Shown: positions 27,279-42,627, numbered from the stretch's first letter. The stretch: 64,000 nt of DNA from Eledone cirrhosa (GCA_964016885.1 OZ024740.1:222890001-222954000); one strand, 5' to 3'. Numbers and translations: made by a program. The notes: a model not told the origin generated them from the letters alone.

Positions 27279-28459
27279 CTAGCTGACTGACCCAGCATTG
27301 ACGGGGTTACTGTTGTTCTTATTCAGATTAGTAAACAATAAATATGAAGATATATTTTTTTCTCATAATTATTTTAAAATATCTATATTTTATATAAAAA
27401 AACAATATCAAAATTGTAATGATAATAGAATTTAGAAATGAAAATCTGTCAATCTTGAAGCACCTCGGGGTAAACAATATCCATTGTGTAATTTTTTTTG
27501 GGGGGACCAAATGAATAAATTGTTGCTGCTTCCAACATGAGACCAACTAACAGAGTTGACCGTGGGAGAAACATGTAGTAGAGAGATCAAGTCCAACTAC
27601 CTTGAGGGATTAACCCCAAGATTTGTTAATTGAAATAACAAAACTTAGTTTGACTGGAAACTGAAGCCTCTTAAATTCAAATGGAACAGCTGTAGGTATG
27701 AGAGGAAGTTTTAGAATAAAGACATTTTTTTTCAATATTGTAAACAAATAAGTATCAATATCCAAAAGAAATATATATTAATTATTATTTTTGTATGCAG
27801 TGCAAATTAAGCAAATATGAGCAAATGTAGTAACTGCTAATTTAATGAACAGACACACATACACTCACACAAACTTATAAAAGAGACGGAGACATACATT
27901 CATACAAACACACAGAGTTTCACCCACGAACAGACACACATACACCCACACAAACTTATGATAAACATACACAGACATATATTCCTACAAACACACACAG
28001 TATCACCCCCAGTGTTTATGTGTCAGTCGACACAGAAATGTATGTATACTCACACACACATACACTCACATACTCACATACATATACTTGTCCATCGTCA
28101 CATGTGAAGATGTGTGTGTGTTTAATTCTCAGCATATTGGATAAAATATTTATGTGAAGATCCAACTTACTAAGGCCTAACGTACGTAATGAACACATAA
28201 ACAGAAACACATACACACTCATATACAAAATGTGATGTTGCCACCGTCGTCGCCATCGTAATATAGTTGACTATATAAAGATTATTTTAGATAAAATGTT
28301 ATATTGTTTTAATCCTAATGAAAATAAAAATTACATGTTAATCCCAGGGTCTAATACTATTACCTTAAAAAATTTAATTTGATTTGGTTAAGCCCTTTGA
28401 GAATGCATAAGAAAACAGACAGACAGATAGAGAGACAAATAATTTTATATAGAGAGAGA
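27279..28459 (-). mobile_element. Non-autonomous Helitron relic with PIF1 helicase C-terminal fragment
   Basis: Minus-strand 5' TC and 3' hairpin plus CTAG, lying between A and T. 27530-27720 translates as PLIPTAVPFEFKRLQFPVKLSFVISINKSWG*SLKVVGLDLSTTCFSHGQL. Confidence 0.85.
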
Positions 28460-28688
28460 TAGTAGTAATTGGGAAGTCAAAATATTCAAGGTATAGAGCA
28501 ACTCAAGTCATAGGGTGAGTTTAAATATAATTAAGGTCAGTTTCTACAATGGCACTATAAAAGATATGTACATTTCACTAGCGCTGAGGACCAATTCTTT
28601 TTTTATCAGCCCAGGTTGAACACGTAGGTCCTCAGAGCTAAAAAAACGCTGTTGTAGAAAATGACCTTGATAATTATATATATATATA

Positions 28689-29192
28689 TCACAGAAAAAA
28701 TGAGAATCAATTTTGTGACGAATGGAATTTATTGGACATATTACAAACGTTTCTCTGGCGACCAGCTCGAGGAACGATCGATGTGCTGATCGAGCCTGAC
28801 TCTGAAAATCGCAAGGTCCTCGCATACGTCTTGATTCTACGAAGCAGATTTGGAAAATCTGCTTCCCAGAATCAATACACACCCAAGGACCCAGCGATTT
28901 TCAGAGTCAGGCTCGATCATCACATCGATCGTGCCTCGAGCTGGTCACCAGAGAAATGATTGTAATATTCCAACAAATTCCATTCCAGGGTCCTCGAGTG
29001 CATCTTGATTTTGCGAAGCAGATTACGAAAATCTGCTTCGTAGAGTCAATACGTATCTGAGGACCTTGCGATTTTCAGAGTCAGGTTCGATCATCACATC
29101 GATCGTGCCTCGAGCTGGTCGTCAGAAAAACAAGTGTAATATGTCCAATAAATTCTATTCGTCGCAACACGGATTCTCTTTTTTATGTGGTA
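28689..29192. repeat. Complex palindromic (foldback/MITE-like) element
   Basis: Palindrome centred at ~28851, with a second partial palindrome centred at ~29021. The outer ends are reverse complements. Confidence 0.8.
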
Positions 29193-29254
29193 TCATACTC
29201 TGCTCTATGAGAGCAACGAGTGCTCAAACGGCCTACCGCATACAGATGCTTTAA

Positions 29255-29378
<124 letters not shown>

Positions 29379-30737
29379 TAAGCTTGAAAAAACTTAAGTT
29401 CATTGTGAATTTCTTAATTTGTGTGAATAAATTCAACTAAATTTATATATTCAAAATTCTTATTCTGTTACTTAACGGTTATGTTATTATTTTCTTTTAA
29501 ATCAAATAATAGTATAAGAAATAAAAAAAATATAACACCTCATCCTTCATTTTACTGGTATAAGAAAGCTGTAAATTTGATATGTAATTAGTGTGGAGTA
29601 GAAGAAATGCCTCAAATTTTTATTTGGTGAACTTTCATAGATACTACCAAACCTCAGCCATCACTCTCATTCTGAATTCTATGATAATCAGTGATTCATC
29701 AAAAATAATTATAGATCTAATATCAAGATAGAGAGAATTGTTTGATATAAATATTTCTTCACTTTTCATTGGCTGGAAAAAGTACAGTTGTATACTTTCG
29801 TAACCCTTGAGAATTATAACCTGTCAAAGTCTATCATTTGTTTTCACACCGAATAGTCAATTCTACTCTCATTTTAACCTTTATTCAAAGTAATGTTCTT
29901 GGTTTTGTTTTGCCTTGTTTGCTATGTTACTATATCTATCAAGGGAAATCAATTTAATGTCATTCTCTCTTCTAAATTTCCCATATATTTTCATCACTGA
30001 TTTTAGTACTTCCTTGAGTTAATTATATAGAAGCTTCAATTTTCTTTCTTGTTTATAAGTTAAAGAATTAACCAGCAACCATAATTGTCTAAAGGTTTAA
30101 GTTCAAAATAAAACTAAAGAAATATAAAAATGAAAAGAAATTAAAACACACAATGTTAAAAATAAATGATATATAAATATAGAAACATAAAGGGGAATTC
30201 GAAATAATATCGTAAATGTAGAAAAAGAAAAATCAGAGCAAAATAACTATGATGCCTTGATAGTTATATGTTGAAAGATAGAATTATTTCAATTGATATT
30301 GTGGTGCATCAATAAAAATAAAAATAAAAGACATTGATGAGAAACATATTACATTATCATCATCATTACTGTCACCATATCCTTTTTATATCTACAATTT
30401 TCATGCCAGCATGGATTAGCGGTGCCCTGTTGAGGCAGTTTTTCTACAGTGTCTTGAAGAGGGAGGTGAATAGCAGGTACTAAATCATGGAGGCTCTCAA
30501 GACTGACATCAGTGATGCCATAGCCGGCATGGAGAGGGACACCATCACCAAGACCTGCTGTAGCTTCCAGTCCCACCCGGAGAAAGAGGTGTCAACCACC
30601 AGAGGACACATCAAATGATTTCTGTACCTTATATATGTGCCTAACTGTTTAAAGTTTCATTGAAATATTTTAATTTGTTATATAGAAAATGCTATTTTTA
30701 TTATCCATTAAATTTTTACAGATTTATCTGCACCACA

Positions 30738-30810
<73 letters not shown>

Positions 30811-30933
30811 TATATAAATATATATATATATAAATATATATATATATTTATATATAGATACTTATATATATATTTATATATATATACTTATATATATATT
30901 TATATACATATTTATATATATATTTATATATAT

Positions 30934-31590
30934 ATACAAGTTAATATAAATTAATATATTTGATAAACACAAATACCAACATATCCGTGTTTGTATTGTA
31001 AACGACTAAAGTTAGCTAGATTGAAAAATACTAATTATAATAATACAGTTTGCTTGTCTCGATTTAAAATAATAAATCAATAAAAACAAAGCATATTGGT
31101 AAATGGCCGTGGTGCTTGGAAAAATTTAAATTTCAAAATCAAACCTGTTCCGTAGACAGGCTTAAACCTTAAAATCCAAATAAGTTTCGAAAAATGAAAA
31201 AGTGGAAGAATACCGCATTTCTATCTCCTCAGCAAGCACCAGAAAAATTGGTATGTTCCACTTCAAAATATTTAAAAAGACTGTTTAACGCACATGGTTT
31301 TTCACATACGGTTATCCAATGTCTAGCTGCCTCATACTCGTGCTGCTAGAAATAACAGCCGTTTATATGGGGCTAAATTTAGCTCTACGTAAGGAGCAGT
31401 GATACTATTAATAATGTGTTCAAACCTCAGGCAGTCCTTTACAATGAAATAGCTCAAAGAAAAAAGTATTTCCGAGCCGTGTAATACAAGTTAATATAAA
31501 TTAATATATTTGATAAACACAAATACCAACATATCCGTTTTTGTATTGTAAACGACTAAAGGACTGCCTGAGGTTTGAACTCATTATATA
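30934..31590 (-). mobile_element. Retrozyme-like unit (~550 bp plus ~78 bp direct repeat plus ~28 bp inverted end)
   Basis: 30934-31011 is repeated at 31484-31561. 31561-31588 is an inverted copy of 31408-31437. (TA)n flanks and an internal HHR. Confidence 0.8.
31160..31237 (-). ncRNA. Type I hammerhead ribozyme
   Basis: gcttg-CTGAGGA-gatagaaatg..catttttc-GAAA-ctta..taag-GTT-taagc. Confidence 0.7.
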
Positions 31591-31639
31591 TATGTATATA
31601 TATTATGTATATATATATAAATGTATATATATATTTATA

Positions 31640-31721
<82 letters not shown>

Positions 31722-31723
<2 letters not shown>

Positions 31724-33368
31724 TAAACATAAAAAAGAAGATTTACAGAGAATTAAGTCATCAAGGAAAACTTGAGCGTAACCTAACACAAGAAATAACT
31801 AAGATAACCACACCAAGAGAAAAAATAATATTTATAAACCTTATATGTCTTGAAGAAAAGTACATTGTTCAAGAATGTGCCAAGCACTTTAACAAGAATC
31901 TAAAGTGGCTCAAACAGATAAAACTAAATCAAGATACTTTAGAGAATATCGATAGATATCCCGACAAAATTAACGGTATAGATATGGCCGACATCTCATT
32001 AACAGATGAATTCAACAACAACATCACAAATATATACGGCAACACTACAGTCGACTTTGATGAATTATCGATATTACAGCTACCACCTAAATATGCCACA
32101 TATAATAAGGTAAATATGATAAAATGCTTGTCAGAAATAGAAAATTAATTTACAAAATTACGTTGGAGCCTCAAATACAAAAACAAAAGTAACAGCATAC
32201 GCACACACACACACCCATACAACACACATCCCAACAACAACATACACAAACAACGATAATAACAACACACACATCAACAATAATAACATACTCAGAAACA
32301 ACAACAACAGAGACGCAGACGCAAACAACAATAACAACACACACAACAATAATAACATACAGGTAGACAACAACAACAACACACATCAACAACAGCACAC
32401 ATCAACAACAACACACATATTCTATGTCTCTCTCCACCACCACAATCTTAACAAACACACAGACACAGAAAATAGGTAATGACAGTAAGACAGAAATAAG
32501 GGAAGGTAATAAGATTGAAAGGAGAAAGGAGACTATCGATACTGACAGAGAAAATAACTAGGACGAACACACAGACACACAGAATAGAGTAGGTAATAAC
32601 AATGAGCCAGAGGAAAGAGACAGGAGTAATAATGAGAAACATAGAAACAACCATGAGGCTATTGTTGGAAATAGAAATAGAAACAACAGAACTAACAATA
32701 ACAATAACAATAGTACACATATGGCAAGAGCTTGGAACTCTACTTTTTATAATCCTTCCGATATGTCCTTCGACCCAAGACGAGTCCACGCCACGACTTT
32801 AGCTTTTCACAAACGGACGCAATTGCCGTAGCAGGTCGAGGAACAAACAGAAGCACAATTTAGTACAGCTATATCTAAACTTAGAAATATTATAGAACAG
32901 TATAGCAAGAAGCAAAATAGAATGGATGCCCAGCAACTGGGAGAAAAATCTGCAAATGGCTTGCGTAAGCTCATGCAGCGCTCGCGTAATGGAGAGATTG
33001 CATGTTTTCCAACAGACAAGTCTGGCAGAATGTCGGTTGAGTGTCTGTCAGAACAACCAACCAGTACCATGTAAATAAACAAATAAATAAACGAATATAA
33101 ACACACACAGACACCCGGATGTAACACATGCGCAAACTAAGCACACAGCACACACACACAAATAAGATGGCGTAGGACAGAACAAAGGAGAGACACAAAA
33201 AACAAAGAAAAGAATCCCCAATCACTGAAGAGGTCACAGAATGTGTGACGAAAGAACTTTGACAATATATGAACAATCGTCTGGTTGTGGACCCAAACAA
33301 CTTACCGGAAATTTATAAATTCCTAAATTTATAATAAATTGAAGTGAAAGCAACTGGTGCGTGTGTTT
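31722..33368 (+). mobile_element. Internally deleted Penelope-like element: N-terminal ORF remnant fused to a pLTR
   Basis: Motifs LQLPPKYA..FTKLRW and GEIACFPTDKSGRM (PLE RT motif 1), with a low-complexity AAC-rich insert at 32175-32710. 33051-33368 is the reverse complement of 35545-35878. Confidence 0.75.
33221..33263 (+). ncRNA. Minimal type I hammerhead ribozyme in PLE pLTR
   Basis: tca-CTGAAGA-g-gtcaca gaatg tgtgac-GAAA-gaac-TT-tga. Confidence 0.75.
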
Positions 33369-33825
33369 CCACTTGTTGATCTGTCACCGTAAGATATACT
33401 CGGTTGATTACGACTAACTCTTAAAATGGTCTCATTATAATTCCGTCCCACCTAGCAAAGTTTTCTATAGTTTAGCAGTACCAGTGAGAGATTTGATGAC
33501 TGTCGTTAGGGAATAGTAACCAAATATTGTTTTTTTTATACTTTTAACATTCTCGGTATTCTTCTATATATTTACCCCATATTGTTTTACTTATTGTATC
33601 GACTTCCCCCCCTCCCCCTCCCTAGTATAATTGCTTGACCTCCTGCCCTGCTGTAGTTGGCACTATCAATGCACAACTGGGTTTCCTCCACCCCCTCTCC
33701 CTCTTTCGTCTACTGGCAGGTTCGACTACCCCTTCCTTCCACAAATTGCCATGATAGAATTATGTGTCTCAACAACAAACTTTTGACCAATCCTTGTGAC
33801 AATCACTTTTACCATATATGGAATT

Positions 33826-33921
33826 ACCCCCTGAGAAGCTCGGCTATTCATATACCAAAATAAAAATGTTCATTTAGTCCAGAATTAACCGTCGAAACGG
33901 CTTGAGCTCAGCCGTCAGGGT
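33826..33921 (+). ncRNA. Hammerhead ribozyme with 1-nt core deletion and well-formed stem III
   Basis: acccc-CTGA_GA-agctcgg..ccgtc-GAAA-cggct tgagctc agccg-TC-agggt. Confidence 0.65.
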
Positions 33922-34640
33922 CCTACTCGTTCCTATTACCCACTCTACTACCCTAAGTATTGAGTACTTTGGTGCGTTATGGTCCACTTGGTTCCTTACC
34001 ACATTTCCTTTGTTATATATATATATATATAAATATAGTTAGAGAAGCAAAAAATTGCTTATTGTGATCCAGTTTTTGGTTAAGAAAGTCAGTTTCATGG
34101 ATGGTTTCAAACGTACTTCTCTTAATGCTTACCTGTGTTTTCTCTTTTATACTATATATAAATATATATATTTCACCGTATTTTTGACTGAAGGAATTTT
34201 AGCCTGATAGTGGGGTTTAGAACCCTCAGATAAATGAAAAAAAGATGAGTATTAACGTACATGGGATTCTAACACACATCTTTGGTTATCGCGACCACTG
34301 TTGGTGTAATGGTGTATGTAGAGGCATGTGTATATTTTTCTACTTCTGTGCATGCATATGTATGCATGTATATATGTGTGTATGTATGTGTATGTATGTA
34401 CGTGTGTATATACGTATGATTGTGTGTATGTATGTATGTATATGTATGTGTATGTGTATGCATATATATATATATTTATATTTATATATATATATGTATA
34501 TATATGTGTGTGGTTGTATATATGTATGTGTATGTATGGATATGTTGATACTTATGTGTGTATGTATGTATGTGTATATGTATGTGTATGTATATATATA
34601 CACATATATATGTGTGTGTGTGTGCGAATATATGTGTGTG

Positions 34641-34687
<47 letters not shown>

Positions 34688-35023
34688 ATGTATATAATTG
34701 TGTGTGTGTGTGTGTTTGCATGTGTGTTTTTATTTTATTTTTCCTTTCCTTCTTCCTTCTCCAGCCTCACTTTCATATAGATTGAATTTTTGTTTTTAGA
34801 ATCCAATGTCAATAAATACACCAGGATTCTTTCATTCGGATGATTGAAAGCAACATTTTTTGCTTTTAAGAAATAAATGGAATAATTGCCTTGCGTTGTT
34901 TATTACATAACTATTAAGCTCTGTTACCTACGCAGAGCACTCTTTTTTCCTGGACTTTTCCGACGGAATTACTTCATTCATACATATTTACACACGCATA
35001 TATATATATATATAAATATATAA

Positions 35024-35056
<33 letters not shown>

Positions 35057-35121
35057 AATATATATATAAATATATATATACATATATATATATATTTATA
35101 TATATATAAATATATATATAA

Positions 35122-35152
<31 letters not shown>

Positions 35153-35155
35153 AAT

Positions 35156-35186
<31 letters not shown>

Positions 35187-35189
35187 AAT

Positions 35190-35411
<222 letters not shown>

Positions 35412-35454
35412 CAAATATATATATATATATATATATATAAATATATATATATAG

Positions 35455-36890
35455 TTTCTGAATTTGTTTAGCAAGATTCATTATCTGAAAACGTGTGTTG
35501 AAACCGATATTGTTATACTTTGGGAGGGTCATGTTGCCAATAAGAAACACACACACCAGTGCTTTCACTTCAATTTATTATAATAAATTTATAAATTTAG
35601 GAATTTATAATTTTCCGGCTGGTTGGTTGATTCCACAACCTGATGGTTGTTTATATATTGTCAAAGTTCTTTCGTCACACATTATGTGACCTCTTCAGTG
35701 ACTAGAGCTTATTTTCTTTGTTTTTTTGTGTCTCTCCTTTGTTCTGACCTACGCCATCTTGTTTTTGTGTGTGTGCTGTGTGCTTAGTTTGCGCATGTGT
35801 TACATCCGGGTGTCTGTGTGTGTTTATATTCGTTTATTTATTTGTTCATTTACATGTTACTGGTTGGTTGTTTGTTCTATGTGCGTGTGTGTTTTCATGT
35901 TGTCCTTAATTGTAAGTTGTGATGTTGCTGTTCCACTCATGTTTTCTATTTAATTGTGGTTGTAATTCATTTATGTTTATTGCCTCTGTGATTTGTCTAA
36001 ACATTGCGTCTTTTCTTTGTGTAGATTCTATTCTTATTTCTATGTTCTCTAATTTACTCTTATGTTCTATTTTATCATGTTGGTAGAGTACAGATGATTC
36101 TTTACTATCTTGAAGCTCTCGCCAGTGTTCATTTATCCGTCCCCCTATACTACGAGCTGTTTCACCTATGTACACTATATTTTTATCTCTACATTGTCCT
36201 TCAGTACATTTTATGCTATATACTACATTTCTAGTTTTACTGTTAATTTACAGATTATACATTTCTTATCTATACAGGGAGGTCTTTGAAAAGGGTATGT
36301 ATTGCTAATAAGTGTTTTTATGGAGGTACTTGGTCTTTCTACTATCTTAATATTGAGTATATGTTTATCTAGGGCCCTTCTAAATTTGTAAGCTAATTCA
36401 CCTCTAGGTGTTGTATCGATGAACATTACACTCTGGTATTTATTGCTATCATACCATGAGTTTATTCTATTAGCCTTATTCTCAGTTCTTTCTATTCTAT
36501 TCCAACATTTTCTCCTATACAAGGGGCAGGTCCATTTGTATCATTATTTACCATGTTTTCCTATTTGGTTCTGGCTCCTCTATACACTCTGATTTTATCT
36601 CTCCGATTGTAACCAGAGAACTGCATACGGTGGATGAAGTGTTGTATGTGTCTCTCTAGTTCTTTGGGGTTGCACATGCGGGACACGTTTCTCATCAGCC
36701 GCACCAAATCCGCAATCAGTATGTTGATTTTGGTACGGTCCGAAATAGCTGAGTTTCGGTGGATCAGATATTTGGAAGTCATGGGTTTGGCATAATGGGA
36801 ATGGAGGATTTATTATAATAAATTGAAGTGAAAGCAACTGGTGCGTGTGTTTCTTATTGGCAACATGATCCTCGCAAAGTATAACAATAT
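35455..36890 (-). mobile_element. 5'-truncated Penelope-like element (RT thumb, GIY-YIG, pLTR) with inverted partial pLTR
   Basis: YIGETARSIGGRINEH (GIY-YIG), a C..KKCIIC linker and RMQFSGY. 36807-36890 is an inverted copy of 35507-35590. (TA)n on both sides. Confidence 0.9.
35660..35702 (-). ncRNA. Minimal type I hammerhead ribozyme in PLE pLTR
   Basis: gtca-CTGAAGA-g-gtcaca taatg tgtgac-GAAA-gaac-TT-tgac. Confidence 0.8.
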
Positions 36891-36948
36891 ATGTATATAT
36901 ATATATATATATTTAAATATATATATATATATATATATAAATATATAA

Positions 36949-37037
<89 letters not shown>

Positions 37038-37154
37038 AATATATATATATATAAATATATATATATATTTATATATAAATATATATATATATAAATATAT
37101 GTATTTATATATATAATTATATATATATATATAAATATATATATATAAATATAT

Positions 37155-37915
<761 letters not shown>

Positions 37916-38240
37916 ATCTATATAACTTAAGCCAGTGTTAATGCCCGGTGGCTAAAAACGACTTCCCCCTTTTAGCCCCTCTACCTTCTTCCCACCCCAC
38001 CCTACCCCTCCTCAACCTAAAACACGGCCACTATGGTTATGTACGTACCTCTTACCTATCTGCATTTTCTGCTTGTAGAGCTGTTTTTACGTGGCTGTGT
38101 ATAGGCGTGTATTTATGAGTACTTATTTGTATGTATTTGTATGAGTGGCCGTTCGTTTGTATGCATATCGCTGTGTGTAGGTGCGTTCACATGTCTTCTA
38201 TGCGTGTATATTTATATGTATGCATATATGGTTTTGTGTA

Positions 38241-38273
<33 letters not shown>

Positions 38274-39106
38274 GTATGTATGTGTTTATGTATGTGTATA
38301 TATATATATATGTGTGTACATATATATATATATGTGTATATATATATGTGTGTGTATATACATATGTATATGTATATATATGTGTGTATATATATTATAT
38401 ATATATATGTGTGTGTATATGTATGTATGTATGTCTATGTGTGTATATATATATATATGTATATGTATATGTATGTATATATGTATGTATGTGTGTGTAT
38501 GGTCACCAGTTGGTGCTACTAGTAACATGTATCCCAGCACAACCTGTGTCATGGTCGGGTCGTTGGCGACTAAACTGGCAACCCCACCAAGGTTTCTTGG
38601 TGAGGAGGGTGACTTTGAACATCCTGCAGGACTAAAAACAAAACATGTCAAAGTGCAAAGGAGCTCTTAAGAATCAATGTCCATCCAAAATCACCGGGAG
38701 AGATGACCCCCTTAGCCTTTGTCAAGGCAGAATTCTAGAAGAAGGAAAACTCTGATATAATACCTGCAACCCTGATGGTATCCAATGATGTTGACTTGTT
38801 CTTCTTTTTGGTAAATATCATCATGGTTAAGAGAGTGGGACTGGATTTGTGCAGTGCCTTTGCTCACTATAAAAGCTTCACGGCACAGGCATTGCTTTAT
38901 ATCTGGAGATCTCTCTGCACTTGTCGCCACATGGTACCATGGGGCCAGCACTATGTGTCAATAATTGTCACAAGTGTAGTGTTTGTACCAGAGTTTTCAA
39001 GTCGCTGGCTGGACTAAAAAGTCACACTCGTTCAGCGCATCGGTAGAGGTTCTCCTACATGGATATAAAGTAGTAGCCGTACTCGAAAACGAGTTGGCAG
39101 CCACCA

Positions 39107-39148
<42 letters not shown>

Positions 39149-39245
39149 TGGTGGCTGCCAACTCGTTTTCGAGTACGTTATAGTACGTTTAGCTTCTCGC
39201 TAAAACAATTTCTATGCCTTTCATTTATATATATATATATATGTA

Positions 39246-39318
<73 letters not shown>

Positions 39319-39471
39319 ACATATATTAAAGTGTTAAACAATATTCAATAATTATGTCAAAGAATGAGTTTTACAGTAGATTGGAAGCACTCAACGAAAA
39401 AAATAATTTTCTTGAGTTATTAATATTAAAATATAAGTATTAATAAAATATATGTTCTTTTGATCAATAAC

Positions 39472-39524
39472 ATTTTATTATACATATTTCGGATGTACAA
39501 CAGTACGTCCCCTTCAGACAAAAT
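39472..39524 (-). ncRNA. Decayed type I hammerhead ribozyme
   Basis: attttgt-CTGAAGG-ggacgtac tgtt gtacatcc-GAAA-tatgta-TA-ataaaat, with A9>G in the core. Confidence 0.65.
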
Positions 39525-41300
39525 ATATTGATACATGACATACCCTGAGATGTTAAATGTTTATGATTTAATCAAGGTAGTGATTAACCCAAGAGAAAAT
39601 TTTACTTATATCCTATTTATGAGAAAATGCGAAAACTTAATAAATTCATTAGAGAATGTGTGAGTAAGAAAAAAACATTGCATACTGTAACTGTTCTAAA
39701 AGTTTTAAAGTGTATGATACTACGATATATCTAGGAAAACGTCTCATGAATCATAACAGCATGTGATAGCCACTGGAAAAGGATTTATAAAGAGGGAAAA
39801 ATAAAAAGGGGGGGGGGTGATATATACAGAAGGAGGTTTTTTCCGAAAGTTAAACGGTTAAATTTGAAAATATTTAATTTATAATATTAGGGTGAAGACT
39901 CTAGATTTCAGGATTATTTGCTGGTTATTTATATATTATTTATATAAATTCGATAAGTGTGTTATCATTTCTAAACTTCTGAATTTTATGAGGGTAATAT
40001 TTAAAAGATTTAGCTGGCACATAAAGAATGAAATATTATACTGTTGATTATTTCCTAAATTCAAAGTTTAACAAATATACCAACATATTAGGTATGTAAA
40101 GCTTTTGAAGCACTTATTGTTATAAATATTTAAATAACTATTATGTATATAGGTATATATTAATGAGCCAGTATGTTTAAGGTAAATAATAACGACGAAC
40201 ATAAAATAAAATAAGATAATATATTGAAGGATGTTAAGGATAAATATATACATATGTATAACTGGGTGTAAATGTACTAATTATTCTTCAACCAAGCTAT
40301 CAACATATTATTAGTTACAGGGATGTATATATATAGATATATATATTAGGTATTATTAGTGTAGTATACTTTAGGTAAATGATAACAGTTACAATTTTAT
40401 CAACGTGTCACATTTAAATACATATATATATATATATTTATATATAAGAAAAGCAACAATGAGTGAATGGATAATACAGAGTTCAAAATAATGCTTATAA
40501 TAATTTGTAGTTTGGATATTTTCTCCATATTGGAATCATATATATAGAAATGTGGTAGGTATATTTAAAAATATTTAAAAATATATAAAATATAATATAT
40601 AACTACATACATATTATAATACATTATATTATAAATAAATAAGAGATCGAAAGCACAGCAAAAAATTCACATTTATATATAAGTTTGAATCCGTCTCAAA
40701 TTTTAGATTTTATAGTATTTAAAAGAAATATATGCATATACTATATTATATCATATTATAAATAATAGATAAAAAACTCATTAAAAATTCAGAGTTATAG
40801 ATAAGTTTCATAAAAATTTATGGATTGGGTATTAAACTAAAATTTAAAAGAGATCACAAATGTATTAAAAATTCACAGTTATATAAATTCCGTAAATATG
40901 TAAGGATTAGGTATTATACTAAATTATGAGCATAGATAGGAAGATAGATAGAGAAATAAGCAGATAAAGAAATGATGCTATTGATCAAAGTTAACAAATA
41001 ATGTTGTGTGGATCAATGTTTAGGCATGTTATTGAAATATTGTCATTCATTCTAGCGTTGTTTCTTCTATGGATAGTTATAAAATAAAACAATATTAAAG
41101 GCCATTAATGTTTTTTACTGTTGATTATATATTCCTGGTAACCGAGTTATTATTGGTTTGGTGTTATTGTTTCTTTTTCGTTTTATGTGAGGCTAAAAAA
41201 GTGTACGTAGCTTTATGGAGGCAACTAGAGAATAATTCACTTTTTTTGTTAATTAGGGTTATTAATAATCAACAGCATAAATTAAAGCGTAAATAAATAC

Positions 41301-41374
41301 CACGCTGATGAACCGAGGTTATTCCATTTCTGTCAACAAATTACTGGCGAAACATCTCTTTGGATTTGTACGTG
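41301..41374 (+). ncRNA. Type I hammerhead ribozyme
   Basis: cacg-CTGATGA-acc..ggc-GAAA-ca..t-GTA-cgtg. Confidence 0.8.
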
Positions 41375-41831
41375 TTTTATATAGTTATAGAGGTATTTAT
41401 TCACGCTTTAATTTATATTTTTAATTATCGTGTCTATAGTCTGCCTTTCATAGGTTATATATTCCATACACTGGTGGCTTTTTCCCTGTTTTATTGATAG
41501 CGCACTGTATATCTCTCTGTGGTGTGTTACCTTTTCAACATATTGTATTTTAAAGAGCTCAGGATTTCTTCTACTTTGAGCACATTATTTAGGGGGAATA
41601 GCGAGGCCCTATGCCACCGTTGATGTATCGTGATATTTCTGTCCTTATAACAGTCTTTCCTATCACTCTGTTTGGTTGAGCAAACTTCTCTGTGTGGTTT
41701 TGGGCTGCCCTTTCTAGCAGCTCGTCCCTCAGAGGCCACTGGTTCACTGCCCTTAAACACGCTGTGACTTCTCTCTCCCACGTGTAGCAACTTTTAAAAT
41801 TCTCTTAGTATTGTCTGAAATGTATGGCCTT

Positions 41832-41911
41832 ACACACGCTGATGAACCGAGGTTATTCCATTTCTGTCAACAAATTACTAGCGAAACATCTCTTTGGATC
41901 TGTACGTGTGT
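41832..41911 (+). ncRNA. Type I hammerhead ribozyme, second copy
   Basis: acacacg-CTGATGA...c-GAAA-catc..gatct-GTA-cgtgtgt, with a perfect 7-bp stem I. Confidence 0.8.
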
Positions 41912-42097
41912 TATATAGTTATAGAGGTATTTATTTACGCTTTAATTTATATTTTTAATTAACGTGTCTAGAGTCTGCTTTTCATAGGTTATAGATTCCA
42001 CACACTGGTGGTTTTTTCCCTGGTTTATTGATAGCGCACTGTATATCTCTCTCTGGTGTGTTACCTTTTCAACATATTATATATATATGTATATGTG

Positions 42098-42172
<75 letters not shown>

Positions 42173-42295
42173 TTATATATATATGTGTGTGTGTGTATAT
42201 ATATATATGTATATATGTTAATATGTATATGTGTACGTATGTGCGTGTGTATGTATGTATGTATGTGTGTTTGTATGTGTGTGTATGTGTGTACA

Positions 42296-42338
<43 letters not shown>

Positions 42339-42383
42339 GTGTGTATGTGTATATATATATGTATATATATATGTATATGTGTG

Positions 42384-42437
<54 letters not shown>

Positions 42438-42627
42438 GATAAATCTACCAAAATGTACGGTAGTATCCAATCCGTATGAAGAACTCAATGTAATCCGAAA
42501 ATCATGAAAAGAGAAGATGTATTCAAAAATCTTTTTTCGATGAAAAATACAGGAAAACAAAGTCAAGATAAATTAATAAAAATAATGAATAAAAACAAAG
42601 AAACAGTTCCTTATATTAAAAAATTCC

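Larger units (their letters stand above)
41276..42076 (+). mobile_element. Retrozyme-like element: 534 bp period, two ~243 bp direct repeats each starting with an HHR
   Basis: 41301-41543 is repeated at 41835-42076. 41276-41301 is an inverted copy of repeat sequence. Ends in (TA)n. Confidence 0.85.
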
